DNA from: Albugo candida
Taxonomy: Eukaryota
Reading direction: 5' to 3'
NCBI GenBank assembly: GCA_040437565.1
Contig: JBDOQK010000018.1
Coordinates: 248,001 to 311,981, forward strand
Length of the DNA: 63,981 nt
Positions 51,413-61,779 of this stretch are shown here, piece after piece. Numbering within the stretch: position 1 is the first letter of the stretch; each line of letters opens with the position of its first letter. The notes under the pieces were generated by a model. It saw nothing but the letters and a program-made list of their open reading frames with translations, made no database searches and was not told the origin of the DNA. The position numbers were made by a program, and so were the translations under genes.

Positions 51413-54400
51413 ATGTCGACGATGATTTCTGCGACGACCCACGCGGAATGCGTTCGTTTATTGGAATTGGTAACTAATAAACGAGTTCAGGAGACGTGGT
51501 CATGGATGTTCATGGAGTCGACACAACCGTCTTCAATCAAAATAAAAAAACCTATGGATCTCAACACCGTGAAAAAAAATCTAGGGTCAAAACCTTCTCG
51601 ATGTCGCTTTAAGTCTCACGAAAAATTCGCTAAGGACGTTCGACTAGTCTTCCAAAACTCAATTTTATCCTCTGAACCAAATACATCTGTCTATAATGCC
51701 GCGCAACACCTTTTACGCGTTTTTGAGACCGCATACGCCAAAGCCAAAGAAAATGGACTGAGTGCAAGTACTTCCGAGTCATTAAGCGCTGAATGCGTTC
51801 ATTCCGTACCAAAAGTCGAGCGAATTAACTCACAGAATTCGGAATGCGATGACAATTTAAAACCACCACGAACTCTTACAACTGAATCGACGTCCAATCC
51901 CGCTGTCAACCCCCAGAATAATTCCATTCGACCGGAAGATTCTCCCCCCGTTCTTGCGCAAGAAAGTATAAAAATGACCGATTCCCTACAACTTTCGTGT
52001 AAAAATGTGCTCTTGAAAGTGATGCGATACAAAGAAGGCAATGTCGTTCCTGCTGCGCCATTTTTAAAGCCTGTGGATCTCACTCATTTTCCAGACTATC
52101 GCATCAAAATTTTGCGTCGAATGCATTTGTTTGGCGTACAAAAAAAACTGAAAAGCGGATCTTACGCGACGCTGGAAGACTTCGCCGCTGACGTTCGCTT
52201 GGTTTTTTCTAATTGTCTCGTGTATAATAGCGATGTAGTACTAAGTAAAATGATTAGACAGCATGCAACTGTGCTCATGAAGCTCTTCGAGACTCAGCTT
52301 GAGAAGCAGTGTGGAGGATCGTGGCCAGGGATCACAGAGAGGTGGCATTGTCATCAAATTCTCCAGGAAGTTTTGGCACATCGCATTCAGGTGCCAGGGA
52401 AAGAAAAAGATGAGCAGTCTTACTCAGTCAAAAGCGGCGAGGAGACGGCTCAATGGTTTAAATATCCGATCCAGACTTATTATGATTCAATCGACCAGTT
52501 ACCTCACGAGTACTTCTCTATCATCAAGCATCCAATGGATCTCGGAACGGTGACATCGCGGCTTCATGAGCCGCGATATCAATTTGTGCCAGAATTTGCT
52601 TTTGACATCAAGCTGATTTTCGACAATTGCATCCAGTATTGGTCAAATGATCCCCATGGACGTGCGTATTGCGATTCCGCCAATGCACTGCTTACTGTGC
52701 TGAAAGACCAGCTGCATAAACGTTTTGGAGCTTCCGTATGGCTCAAAATGCTTTTTGAACGAGAGCGTGTGACGAAAAGCTCGCTTGTAGCGGCGTGTAA
52801 GAGTGGTTCAGCACAGGCGGTTGTGAGCATTCCACTTCCAAAGCGTGCGAAATCAGAAGCTAAACAACGAAGTTCCAGGCATGAGGGAAGCAATCCGTTT
52901 TCATCAAAAACGCGATCGGCATTTTTGGAAAAGGCGCAATGTCAATTGATACTGAACAAGGTTCGATCTCACAAAATGAAAGGGTATGGAGGTATCGAAA
53001 TCATGACCTCCGGTCCATTTCTGCATGCAGTGGACGTAAGTAAGTATCCAGATTACCTCAGTATTGTCCGTGAGCCGATGGATTTCGCAAAAATTGAGCG
53101 TAAAATCAAAAACGATCGATATCGCACCGTACATGAATTTGCCGCTGATGTCAATTTGGTCTTCACGAATTGCATGAAATACAATAATGATCCCATCGAA
53201 GGCGCTGATATTCGTACGATGGCGTCAACACTTCAAAATTACTTTATACATTTATACGAAGAGACATTCCATGCTTCAAACAATGTCAACCGTATGGCTG
53301 CTTCTTGTCCATCTTCGACGGACTCGGTTTTGCATGGAAAAAGCCTCAAGATGTCGTCATTTGCAGAGAGAAACCTCAACACCAAAATTCTTAAACACCT
53401 AACCAAACCCTCTGAAGGTGTTCCAAGAAAACCTCCGTCACCAGAAATGAAGCTTTGTGCGTCGCCTCCCGCCAAGCTAAATATTATAGGAGAATCTGAG
53501 TTTTCAGGTAAACAGGAAGATGAGGCTTTACGACCGAACAAGGATGAAACAAAACTCGAAGGTGTGGTGTCAAAAGACAACGCTTCGATGAATGGGAGCT
53601 CAAAATCGCTCGATGTCAATTCGGGTCTGCAGCGAAAAAAGCTCAAGAAGGAAAAGAAGGAGAGAAAAAAAAAGGAAAAGAAAGAAAAGAAGGAAAAGAA
53701 AAGGAAGAGAGATAAGAAACGCAAAGAAAACAATGAGAAGCCGCAAGCCTCATCGGTGAACGGATCGGTCCGCACGTTGTCAGTCTCACGCACATTGAAA
53801 GATGCTTTCAACCACGCATCAGAGTATCCAAGTGAATCCGATACAAAATCTGGCGCAGTGAAAGCACCTGTCACAACTACGATATCGGCAGCAAAGGTCA
53901 TCTCATCGCTTGTGTCTTCAAAAGCTTCGAGCGTGGAGGAAACGTCCAAGAAAAATGGATCGAGCAAGAGTAAAAAGAAATTTGCCAATGACATGAGTGC
54001 GTGGGAGTACGTCTGCGATAACGTTATCAGCAAAGTATCCAAGATCGAACACATTTCCAAGCTACATTTTGACCAGCCGCTGTTGAAAATTTTCCCGCAG
54101 CTTACCACAGAATATTTGAAGATGATTGGCGAGCCAATGGATATTGCTACACTTCGATCACAATTGCAGTCGCATGCGATTTCAGCTCCGGCTGAGTTTG
54201 TACGTAAAGGTAGTCTTATTTTTCAAAATGCAATCGATTTCAATTCTGCCGGAGATGATGCCTCGCTGCACGTTCGTGAGATGTCGCAACACTTGCTCTG
54301 GTACTTTCAATCGCTTTGCACGGAACAAACACTCATTTCCGGAGAAGAAGCTCGTGTCGAACTACGAAAAGAGCGTGCCGATGTTATACAAAATATCGCT

Positions 54401-55558
54401 TTGGAAATCAAAGCACGTGAGTGTCAGAAGTTGTTGCGTGGCTTACAGTCACAAAAATATCAGAAGAATAGCTGGCCATTTCAAAAACCAGTCAAGGCTC
54501 TTTTCCCTTTACTCGAGGCTGATTACTTTGAGCTCATCAAGACACCAATGGATTTGGCCACAATTCAGGATAAGTTGAATTCATTCGAGTATTCCACATA
54601 TGGTGACTTCATCCGCGATGTTCGTCTTACCTTCGAGAATGCGATCTTGTACAACCGTGCTGACAAAGGACGGGAAGGGTGGAGTGTGTATGGAGCCGCT
54701 GTGTCGATGCTGAAAGTAATTGACGACTTGTGGGGCACTGTCACATTGGAAGTGGCAGAGAAATTGCGCCGTCGAGAGGTATTGCGGAAAGAACGAGAAC
54801 GTATTATGGAAGCCAAACGACGGGAGGAGCAACGCTTGAAGGAAATACAGGATGAGGCTGATGCAAAAAAGCAGGAAACGGAGCCAAGCACAAAAGAATT
54901 GGCTCAAGCTCCAAAGCCTTTGATCAACTCAGTTTCCGCAACCTGTCGATCGGTCGAGATTGATTCTTTGACGTCACGGAACAAATCGTCGGACATCGTA
55001 ACAAAATCAGGCAACAGTGGGATCGAAAACAAGTCAACTGCGGGTCCGTTTGCTGGTGCAACTGTTACTGTGGCATCATCGTCTTCTTCCAGCGACACCC
55101 GTCTCAAGCTTCAAGTCGTGAGCCGTTCCATTTCGAACATCTCGACGCCCGACCGGACTACTAACAAACTAGAACGGAAAGCGGAAGAAAGACGACGCAA
55201 ACGAGCTCGAAAAGAAGAAGATCTAGCGAGAAAAGAGAAACGCCAACGCATTGCGATTGCAGCGACAGATGACGCGTTACGTGAGGCAGAAGCACGGAGT
55301 TGGCGACGGTTACAGCGATTGGATGTAGCGAAAGCCATCATGCAACGGGAAGAAAGAGAACAGAAATTAAAAGAACAAGAGCAAGCGCGTCTACTGATGG
55401 AAAAGCAAAAATTTCACGCGGATGCGTGGACGGGGAAGTTGCTTCCATTGTCAAAATATAAGTCAAAAAGGGCAGAAGCAGATACTCCTTTTTGGCTTAA
55501 AAAGCGGAATAAGCTACATGTATTGGACGTTTTTGCCGCCGGTATCGACGCTTGTTGA
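51413..55558 (+). CDS. Intronless multi-bromodomain protein (six bromodomains, Lys-rich linker, C-terminal coiled coil)
   Basis: Six repeats of the pattern PM(D/H)L..V/I..KL...Y...F..DV.L.F.N at about 51440-51750, 51985-52310, 52340-52730, 52925-53270, 54000-54320 and 54410-54750. ATG at 51413; a gap lies immediately upstream. Confidence 0.92.
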   Translation: MSTMISATTHAECVRLLELVTNKRVQETWSWMFMESTQPSSIKIKKPMDLNTVKKNLGSKPSRCRFKSHEKFAKDVRLVFQNSILSSEPNTSVYNAAQHLLRVFETAYAKAKENGLSASTSESLSAECVHSVPKVERINSQNSECDDNLKPPRTLTTESTSNPAVNPQNNSIRPEDSPPVLAQESIKMTDSLQLSCKNVLLKVMRYKEGNVVPAAPFLKPVDLTHFPDYRIKILRRMHLFGVQKKLKSGSYATLEDFAADVRLVFSNCLVYNSDVVLSKMIRQHATVLMKLFETQLEKQCGGSWPGITERWHCHQILQEVLAHRIQVPGKEKDEQSYSVKSGEETAQWFKYPIQTYYDSIDQLPHEYFSIIKHPMDLGTVTSRLHEPRYQFVPEFAFDIKLIFDNCIQYWSNDPHGRAYCDSANALLTVLKDQLHKRFGASVWLKMLFERERVTKSSLVAACKSGSAQAVVSIPLPKRAKSEAKQRSSRHEGSNPFSSKTRSAFLEKAQCQLILNKVRSHKMKGYGGIEIMTSGPFLHAVDVSKYPDYLSIVREPMDFAKIERKIKNDRYRTVHEFAADVNLVFTNCMKYNNDPIEGADIRTMASTLQNYFIHLYEETFHASNNVNRMAASCPSSTDSVLHGKSLKMSSFAERNLNTKILKHLTKPSEGVPRKPPSPEMKLCASPPAKLNIIGESEFSGKQEDEALRPNKDETKLEGVVSKDNASMNGSSKSLDVNSGLQRKKLKKEKKERKKKEKKEKKEKKRKRDKKRKENNEKPQASSVNGSVRTLSVSRTLKDAFNHASEYPSESDTKSGAVKAPVTTTISAAKVISSLVSSKASSVEETSKKNGSSKSKKKFANDMSAWEYVCDNVISKVSKIEHISKLHFDQPLLKIFPQLTTEYLKMIGEPMDIATLRSQLQSHAISAPAEFVRKGSLIFQNAIDFNSAGDDASLHVREMSQHLLWYFQSLCTEQTLISGEEARVELRKERADVIQNIALEIKARECQKLLRGLQSQKYQKNSWPFQKPVKALFPLLEADYFELIKTPMDLATIQDKLNSFEYSTYGDFIRDVRLTFENAILYNRADKGREGWSVYGAAVSMLKVIDDLWGTVTLEVAEKLRRREVLRKERERIMEAKRREEQRLKEIQDEADAKKQETEPSTKELAQAPKPLINSVSATCRSVEIDSLTSRNKSSDIVTKSGNSGIENKSTAGPFAGATVTVASSSSSSDTRLKLQVVSRSISNISTPDRTTNKLERKAEERRRKRARKEEDLARKEKRQRIAIAATDDALREAEARSWRRLQRLDVAKAIMQREEREQKLKEQEQARLLMEKQKFHADAWTGKLLPLSKYKSKRAEADTPFWLKKRNKLHVLDVFAAGIDAC

Positions 55559-56162
55559 GAAGCGCTCTGGTTGAAGAAGTGCCCATGAAGTTGTGTATGG
55601 AGTGCCATGTTGACTTCTGCATGCACATGTAGTACTCGCATGGTTTGAAGTTTTACGTTTGAGAAAAGGACCAGTAAGCTACTTGTAGGTTTTGTCAGTA
55701 AAACACGATTTATTCGTTGATAGCATCTGTGGGCCAGAGCATGGGCACCAGAAGCTCCTCTTTCAAAAGGTAATGAATGGAGCGACTTCATTATTATGGG
55801 TGTGTTTGTCAAGGATTTCATTACACGTGTCTGTTCTTTGCCTACCCACCTTATCCTATTATTAGATCTTGACCGCGCGAGTATTATTATCACCTAGACC
55901 TTTTTTCAAACCTGTAGAGACATCATTTTCCAAGCTTCTGCTTAGGTGCGTTCAAACCACTACTCACTTATCAGGAGAACAAATACTTCCGGTCAGGGAT
56001 TTCGCTTGCACTTATCAATTTGCCGCCTACTACGTACCTCGCAAACCGATACAAAGACGCAACTCTCAACCCTAAATTGTCGTAGATACTGATTCCTATC
56101 GACATTTCAAGGTTACAAATGCTTACATCAACTGATGTTTGCTACACGTGTCCATGTATGTA

Positions 56163-59108
56163 TAGTGCAAGCAAGACACTTATAACTGAAACCCCCTCTT
56201 TTTATGCGGCCAAATTTTAAAATTTCAATTTCATGCAGCCTATACTTCTAACGTGCCAATGACCGGTTTTAATAGCCTATCAGGAGTAGTGCATGTATGT
56301 AGGTTAATCAATCGCCATAATCTTTAGGGATTCCGTAAAACACAATTGGAGGATCCATAAAATAGGATGTGCTCTATGGACAAGATCAGTTCAGAAGTTC
56401 ATAACGCCCTCCGTATTTTTTTTTGCACTTACAGCTCCCCAAAGTAACCATGCCACGTGACAAAGAACAAAGGAAACACTTGTAGATGGCATCAATATAT
56501 GCTACAGAAAACAAGAAGCAGAGAATTGCAGTCCATGGTGATGTGCATGAATTTGAAAGTAGCAGCGCCTACGGTGAAATGAATTCCAGATGGAGAACGA
56601 AAATGAAGTGGAAGATGATGACATAATTGTTGGGAATATTGAGATAGCTGTCCTTTCAGTGCTGGCCCAACGAGAGCAACCGACCAGTGCGGTATCTGGG
56701 AAGTTCGTCACGCACACAAAGGCGCAAGAAGGCGGTGCTGAATAGATATTAAACCGTTGACTGAATACTGGACGCTGAAACGATGTTTACAGAAGTTGGT
56801 GCTGAAGTGGATAACGAAAATGATGCAGACTTGGATGATGAATTCGATGAAGACCAGGTTACTGAGTGGACCAAAGCTGATATCAGTTTGGCAGTTGAGA
56901 ATCTCAAAAACCTAAATCGAAAGCCAAACAGGAACAACAATGCAGCACATGCGCGTGAAGCAGCGCTACTCGGGTACTTTCGACCACTCAGAATAGGAAA
57001 AACAAAGAAAGCGGCAAATTCCATTATCTCAGATGCAGCAGGAGAAGGGTGTTACCTTTCTAGATCAATACGGACATGGGCTGGAACGTTTATGAAAGAC
57101 GGGTCTCTGCCTCAGTCGAAAGAAGGAAACACGCCAAGCGATCAAGTTTCTTCAGAACGAGGACTGTATCATTACCCTGCAGCAATACCTCCGTGCAAAT
57201 GAGTTCAATGTCGAAATTGCAAGCTTGACAAAATACACAAAAGAAGAAATCCTGTCCGAGTTAGGCTACGCACCTCGCCCAGAAATATCGGAACGAACGA
57301 TGATGCGCCGGCTACAGTGCTTAGAGATAACCTAGAACGAAGTTGCGAACGGGATTTACATCGATGGTCATGAAAGAGAAGATGTTATTGAGTGTCGCTA
57401 AAAGTTTCTGGCCAGATTAGATAAACTTGATGCTCGCATGCCTGTTTTCCCTGCAAAAGATGATAATTTCGAGGAAAACCAAGATGATGTAATATGGCCA
57501 GCAGCGAACATTCAACCACTTCTTTTGGTGACCCATGATGAAAGTACGTTTGCTGTCAATGTTGGGTTGAAGCGCCTTTGGATGCTGGATGGAGAACAAC
57601 CATTGCACAAGAAAGGCCAAGGGAGATTCATTCATGTCAGTGACTTCCTTTTTCCAATTTCGGGACGCCTCGCCCCGGACCACGAAAGAAAAGATCAGTT
57701 TCCGACGCTGCCAGAACAAGCATGTGTGATCATGCACCCTGGTATTGAACACGACGGATGGTGGGAGGCAATAGACCTGTACAACCAGGTGCTTGATCGA
57801 GCACTTTCCATCTTTGAGGCACAATTTCTAGGCATGCAGGCCCTCTTTGCCTTTGCCAATGCCACCAGCCATGCTGCCTTTGCTGCCGATGCGCTCTGTG
57901 CAAACCGCATGAACGTGGGACCTGGTGGCAAACAACATCTGATGCGACAAACGACTTGGGGAAAAGGAATTTACCGGGAATTGGTTTTTCCAGAAGGTCA
58001 TGCAATTGAAGAACTTCTTGGTAAGACAAAGGGTATCAAACTTGTTCTTGGAGAGCGAGGACTTTGGCGTGCAAGCCTTAAACTTGAATGTCGCATGAAA
58101 TGTTCTCCATCCAAACCGGACTGCTGTGCCAAAAAAATCATGGCAAATAAGCCGGACTTTGTTCGCCGCCAGATATGCATGTTAGAAGAGCTTTTTGTTG
58201 GCGCCGGCCACATGGTAATATTTTATCCAAAATTTTATTGTGAACTCAGCTTCAGTGAGAACATTTGGGGCTCTGCCAAGCGGTACGCACGAAAACACTG
58301 CAACTATTCATGAACTGGACTAAAGGACATGGTGTCAAAATCATTAAATTCGGTCAGTATGACCGAGATAAGGAACTACTATCGAAAATATCAGCGGTAT
58401 ATGGATGTTTACCGCAAAGGGTTAAGTGGTAAAGCTGCGGAATATGCCGTCAAAAAGTACCGTTCTCACCGACGCGTACCAAATTCAATCCTGATGGACA
58501 TGAACTGCCTCACGGCTTNNNNNNNNNNNNNNNNNNNNNNNNNNNNNNNNNNNNNNNNNNNNNNNNNNNNNNNNNNNNNNNNNNNNNNNNNNNNNNNNNN
58601 NNNNNNNNNNNNNNNNNNAGCGGTATATGGATGTTTACCGCAAAGGGTTAAGTGGTAAAGCTGCGGAATATGCCGTCAAAAAGTACCGTTCTCACCGACG
58701 CGTACCAAATTCAATCCTGATGGACATGAACTGCCTCACGGCTTAATACTACATTAACGGGACCATACTTTCGAAAATTCTTTTATAATTAATAACTTGT
58801 CAAACATGCTTCATAAAACGATCGGTCCCAACAGTATTACGTACGAAAGGTTTTAGTGTATAATCATTGATTTTCCGGCGGCCAAATATCGCTCGTCCCA
58901 TAGGAAATGGCCGAAATTGGCCGAATTTCAGATCCCAACTATTCCATCAACAATGAAGTTACGAACAGTTGGCCTTTAATATCTTTATGCGTACGTAGTC
59001 TATGTACTTTAAGATAATGGAATTCTTTTTGTTACATTGAATCTTTTTATGGAGAGAAAAAATTCTTGTCTACCGATTAAACGCGCTGGCGATAAGTGTC
59101 TTGCACTG
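56163..59108 (+). mobile_element. IS630/Tc1/mariner-superfamily DNA transposon with long Cys-rich catalytic insert, degenerate
   Basis: TIRs (T/C)AGTGCAA[GCAA]GACACTTAT at 56163-56183 and 59092-59108, flanked by TA. Transposase fragments at 56783-58746: YIDGHEREDV, THDESTF, F(A)NATSH, FYPKFYCELSFSENIWG, YRSHRR. Stops and frameshifts are present. Confidence 0.87.
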
Positions 59109-59299
59109 TAACACTATGCCACATGCATACCTATACCGTCGGACCCTGCCACGTCATGGTAGCAATTGGCCAATTGGAGGTTGATTTTAGATTCAGACAC
59201 CTCTCTCCCACTGCAACTCCTGCCAATCAGTAGGTGGCAATGGGTGTGGATGACGCAGCTGTGTCATCCACTTCAAAACCGGTTAGAGCAGCTAGTGCA

Positions 59300-61700
59300 T
59301 AGAGTCGTCGGCAAAGTTAAGTCGGTATTTTGAAGGGGCAAGCGGGAGATCCGAAAGGATAAATCCATGCAGAAGGCAAAAATGATCGTACGTTGCAATG
59401 CTGAAATCTCTGACACCTGATCTTAAGTAACTTAAAAATCTTTCGAAACGGACGACCAAGTTGACATGTATGGTTTGCATAATTGTCAGCAGCAGAACCT
59501 TTGATGCTATCAAGCACAAATTCTCCATTGTTGTTGAAACGGACCAGAGTTGGTCACCCGCGCAATTACTGCAATCTTTTGCTCGATATCATCGGAATCC
59601 GATCCGGAAGGAGATCAAGGTTGAAGACGAAATTGGCCAGTTGGCTAGAATGCCTGGAGGCAATTTACGACTATTCGTAACAAGTGAGAAATTCTGCCAG
59701 AAGCTGGCCTATAAAAAGGTTTTTTTCCGGATAGGTATGCGCTATTCATGGCTACGATATCCTCGACTCAATAATTCTTGAATATTTTCGGAATCGGACC
59801 GGAATTATCTACATCCAAAACACTGTATCGTTTTGGCTGCGATGTTCTGTACGAGAATTCTCGCTAAGCACTTGATCTGAAAGACTCGTTTTGTCTTTTT
59901 TGGCGGGTATTTTTTTTCTCTATCTCCTGTTCAGAGGCTTTGATGGTGGCTGGAAAATTAGTGAACAAATATGCTTCAGATGGAGGTACTCTTTGGCTCG
60001 TGGAAATGGGGCTCGTTACCAGCTGAGCGACTGAGGATGAATAAATACAGTCCATGCTGCTTACTACTGCTGGTGAACAACCTGAAATTTCCTTAAATTT
60101 TGTCTCAACGAGCGATGAAAACCCAATTCATTTCCTACATCTAAATCAGAACTGGTGCCGAAGAAGTGCACAAAAAGGCAAAAAAGTCAACTCAAGAATA
60201 GCAAAAAGCAAAAAGCAAAAAAAAGTCATTCGAAATCAAGCACCGCCCAAGGTCAACCCATATGCAGATCAAACATTCTGTCCTCCGACATCTTCTAAGA
60301 AAAAAATCGGCAGGTCTACATCCTTTTGTCGAATTTTTCAGGCTGGTTTACAAGGATTTCAGGTATGTTTCACTTCCTCATAACGGTGATCATCTGGGGT
60401 ACATTGTAAAATCAGTAAAATAATTTCAAGTTCAGGGATGTGTTTTTTTTTTGGAAATTCCCTACTTCCTTTTCGACTATCCGATAATAGAGAAGCAATC
60501 GAAGAGGAGGCAAACCGTATTTTGGAAAAACTTCGTGTTTTATCTCATCAGGGAATAGAATGGGAGCGCATGAGAGCTTGTCCAGGTATAATCAGAACTT
60601 CAAGTTCGAAAATAAGATGAAGAACATGGAGAAATCATCTCTGCATCTCTTTCGCCCAGCGGACTCGACATGTCATCAAGTTTCTTACTAAGAAGTTTTA
60701 CTTTTAAGTGGACAAACGTTGGAGAATCCGGTCGGTACACCTAAAATTCACCCATCACTGGGGTGATATCATGGGATATCAATCAAATTCTGCTGGGCCT
60801 ACTTTGCGACCTATTACGCAAAGGCAAGCAACAGTCATCCAGTGATCCAGTGATTCAGTCATTCAGTCGATCACGAAAAATCACTCATTCGAGAGGATGG
60901 AAACAAGTTGACACTCCGCATTGCTCTTTTTCATGACGATATAATTTTGGGGAAGTTTTTTGTGGAGAATGACGGACCTAGAATATGTATCACGCCAACG
61001 ACTATAGCAACGAGTTTGTTTTTGTGAATGACGCGACAGTATTATCGTATTCCTTCAGTGAAGTAGAGGTGTAGCTTGAGATTGTTCAACATTCTTGCGA
61101 GGATTCAGGGGCCAACTTTTACTGGTCCAAACCAGTTTGCTCGCACTCAGTCGACATCAAGTCTTCACCATTTTCTTTTTCGAAGATTGAAGTTCCTTTA
61201 CCAATGGAATTGTGTAATACTTGAGAATCCACTTTAAGCAATCACCAGTGGGTGATCTGACGTGAAATCGTTTTATGGTGGATTTCGTTAGTAGTTTCGT
61301 CGATCCGGAACTGTTGGTTAAAATTGCTAATACTACAAACTATGAATCGATCACTTTTATGGTTCTACAACGCTTTTCAACATTCAGCAATATCTACATC
61401 GACGCTTACAGCCGATGCATAATCGATTTGTTTTGAATCGTAAGTATGATCGAGCTTCGCCAGACGTTTAGCTAATCAAGTTGGCCTTCTTATACCTATT
61501 CGTACAAAAGGAGGTTTACAGGTTCTGAAACAATAATTCCAATTTTTACAGCGATTTTCACTCTATTCCAGCACAACTTCACGCAGCAATCGGACACTTA
61601 CTGTCATGGAGTTCGTGAAAATTGAGAAGTGTTTTTTTATTTGAAAAGGTCCTTTGTTCGCAAACTTACTTCGAAGCCTTTCCTCTAGCACCATTGCTCC
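59300..61700 (+). mobile_element. Decayed non-LTR (L1/Tx1-like LINE) retrotransposon remnant
   Basis: From 61021 the frame reads FVNDATVLS...*LEIVQHSCEDSGANFYWSK, resembling the LINE RT motif FADD...FC..SGA.LN..K. ORF1-like fragment at 59461-59781. Boundaries are approximate. Confidence 0.55.
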
Positions 61701-61779
61701 CGCAAGCCAGTGCTATGACGTTGTAAGAATACGTGTACTTACGCAAGGTATAGAATATTCAATCCGGACAATGACATGT

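Larger units (their letters stand above)
193..58618. other. Ten 100-N scaffold gaps (193-292, 4858-4957, 7640-7739, 9468-9567, 23455-23554, 27091-27190, 39176-39275, 43995-44094, 51265-51364, 58519-58618), most with duplicated flanks
   Basis: Uniform 100-N runs. At seven of them the sequence before the gap is repeated essentially identically after it, indicating unmerged contig overlaps. Confidence 0.95.

Noticed and set aside
53239-54108. 289-aa antisense ORF and other antisense ORFs over real genes
   Set aside because: These are shadows of the coding strand; the Phe/Ser-rich stretch is the complement of the KKEKKE linker.
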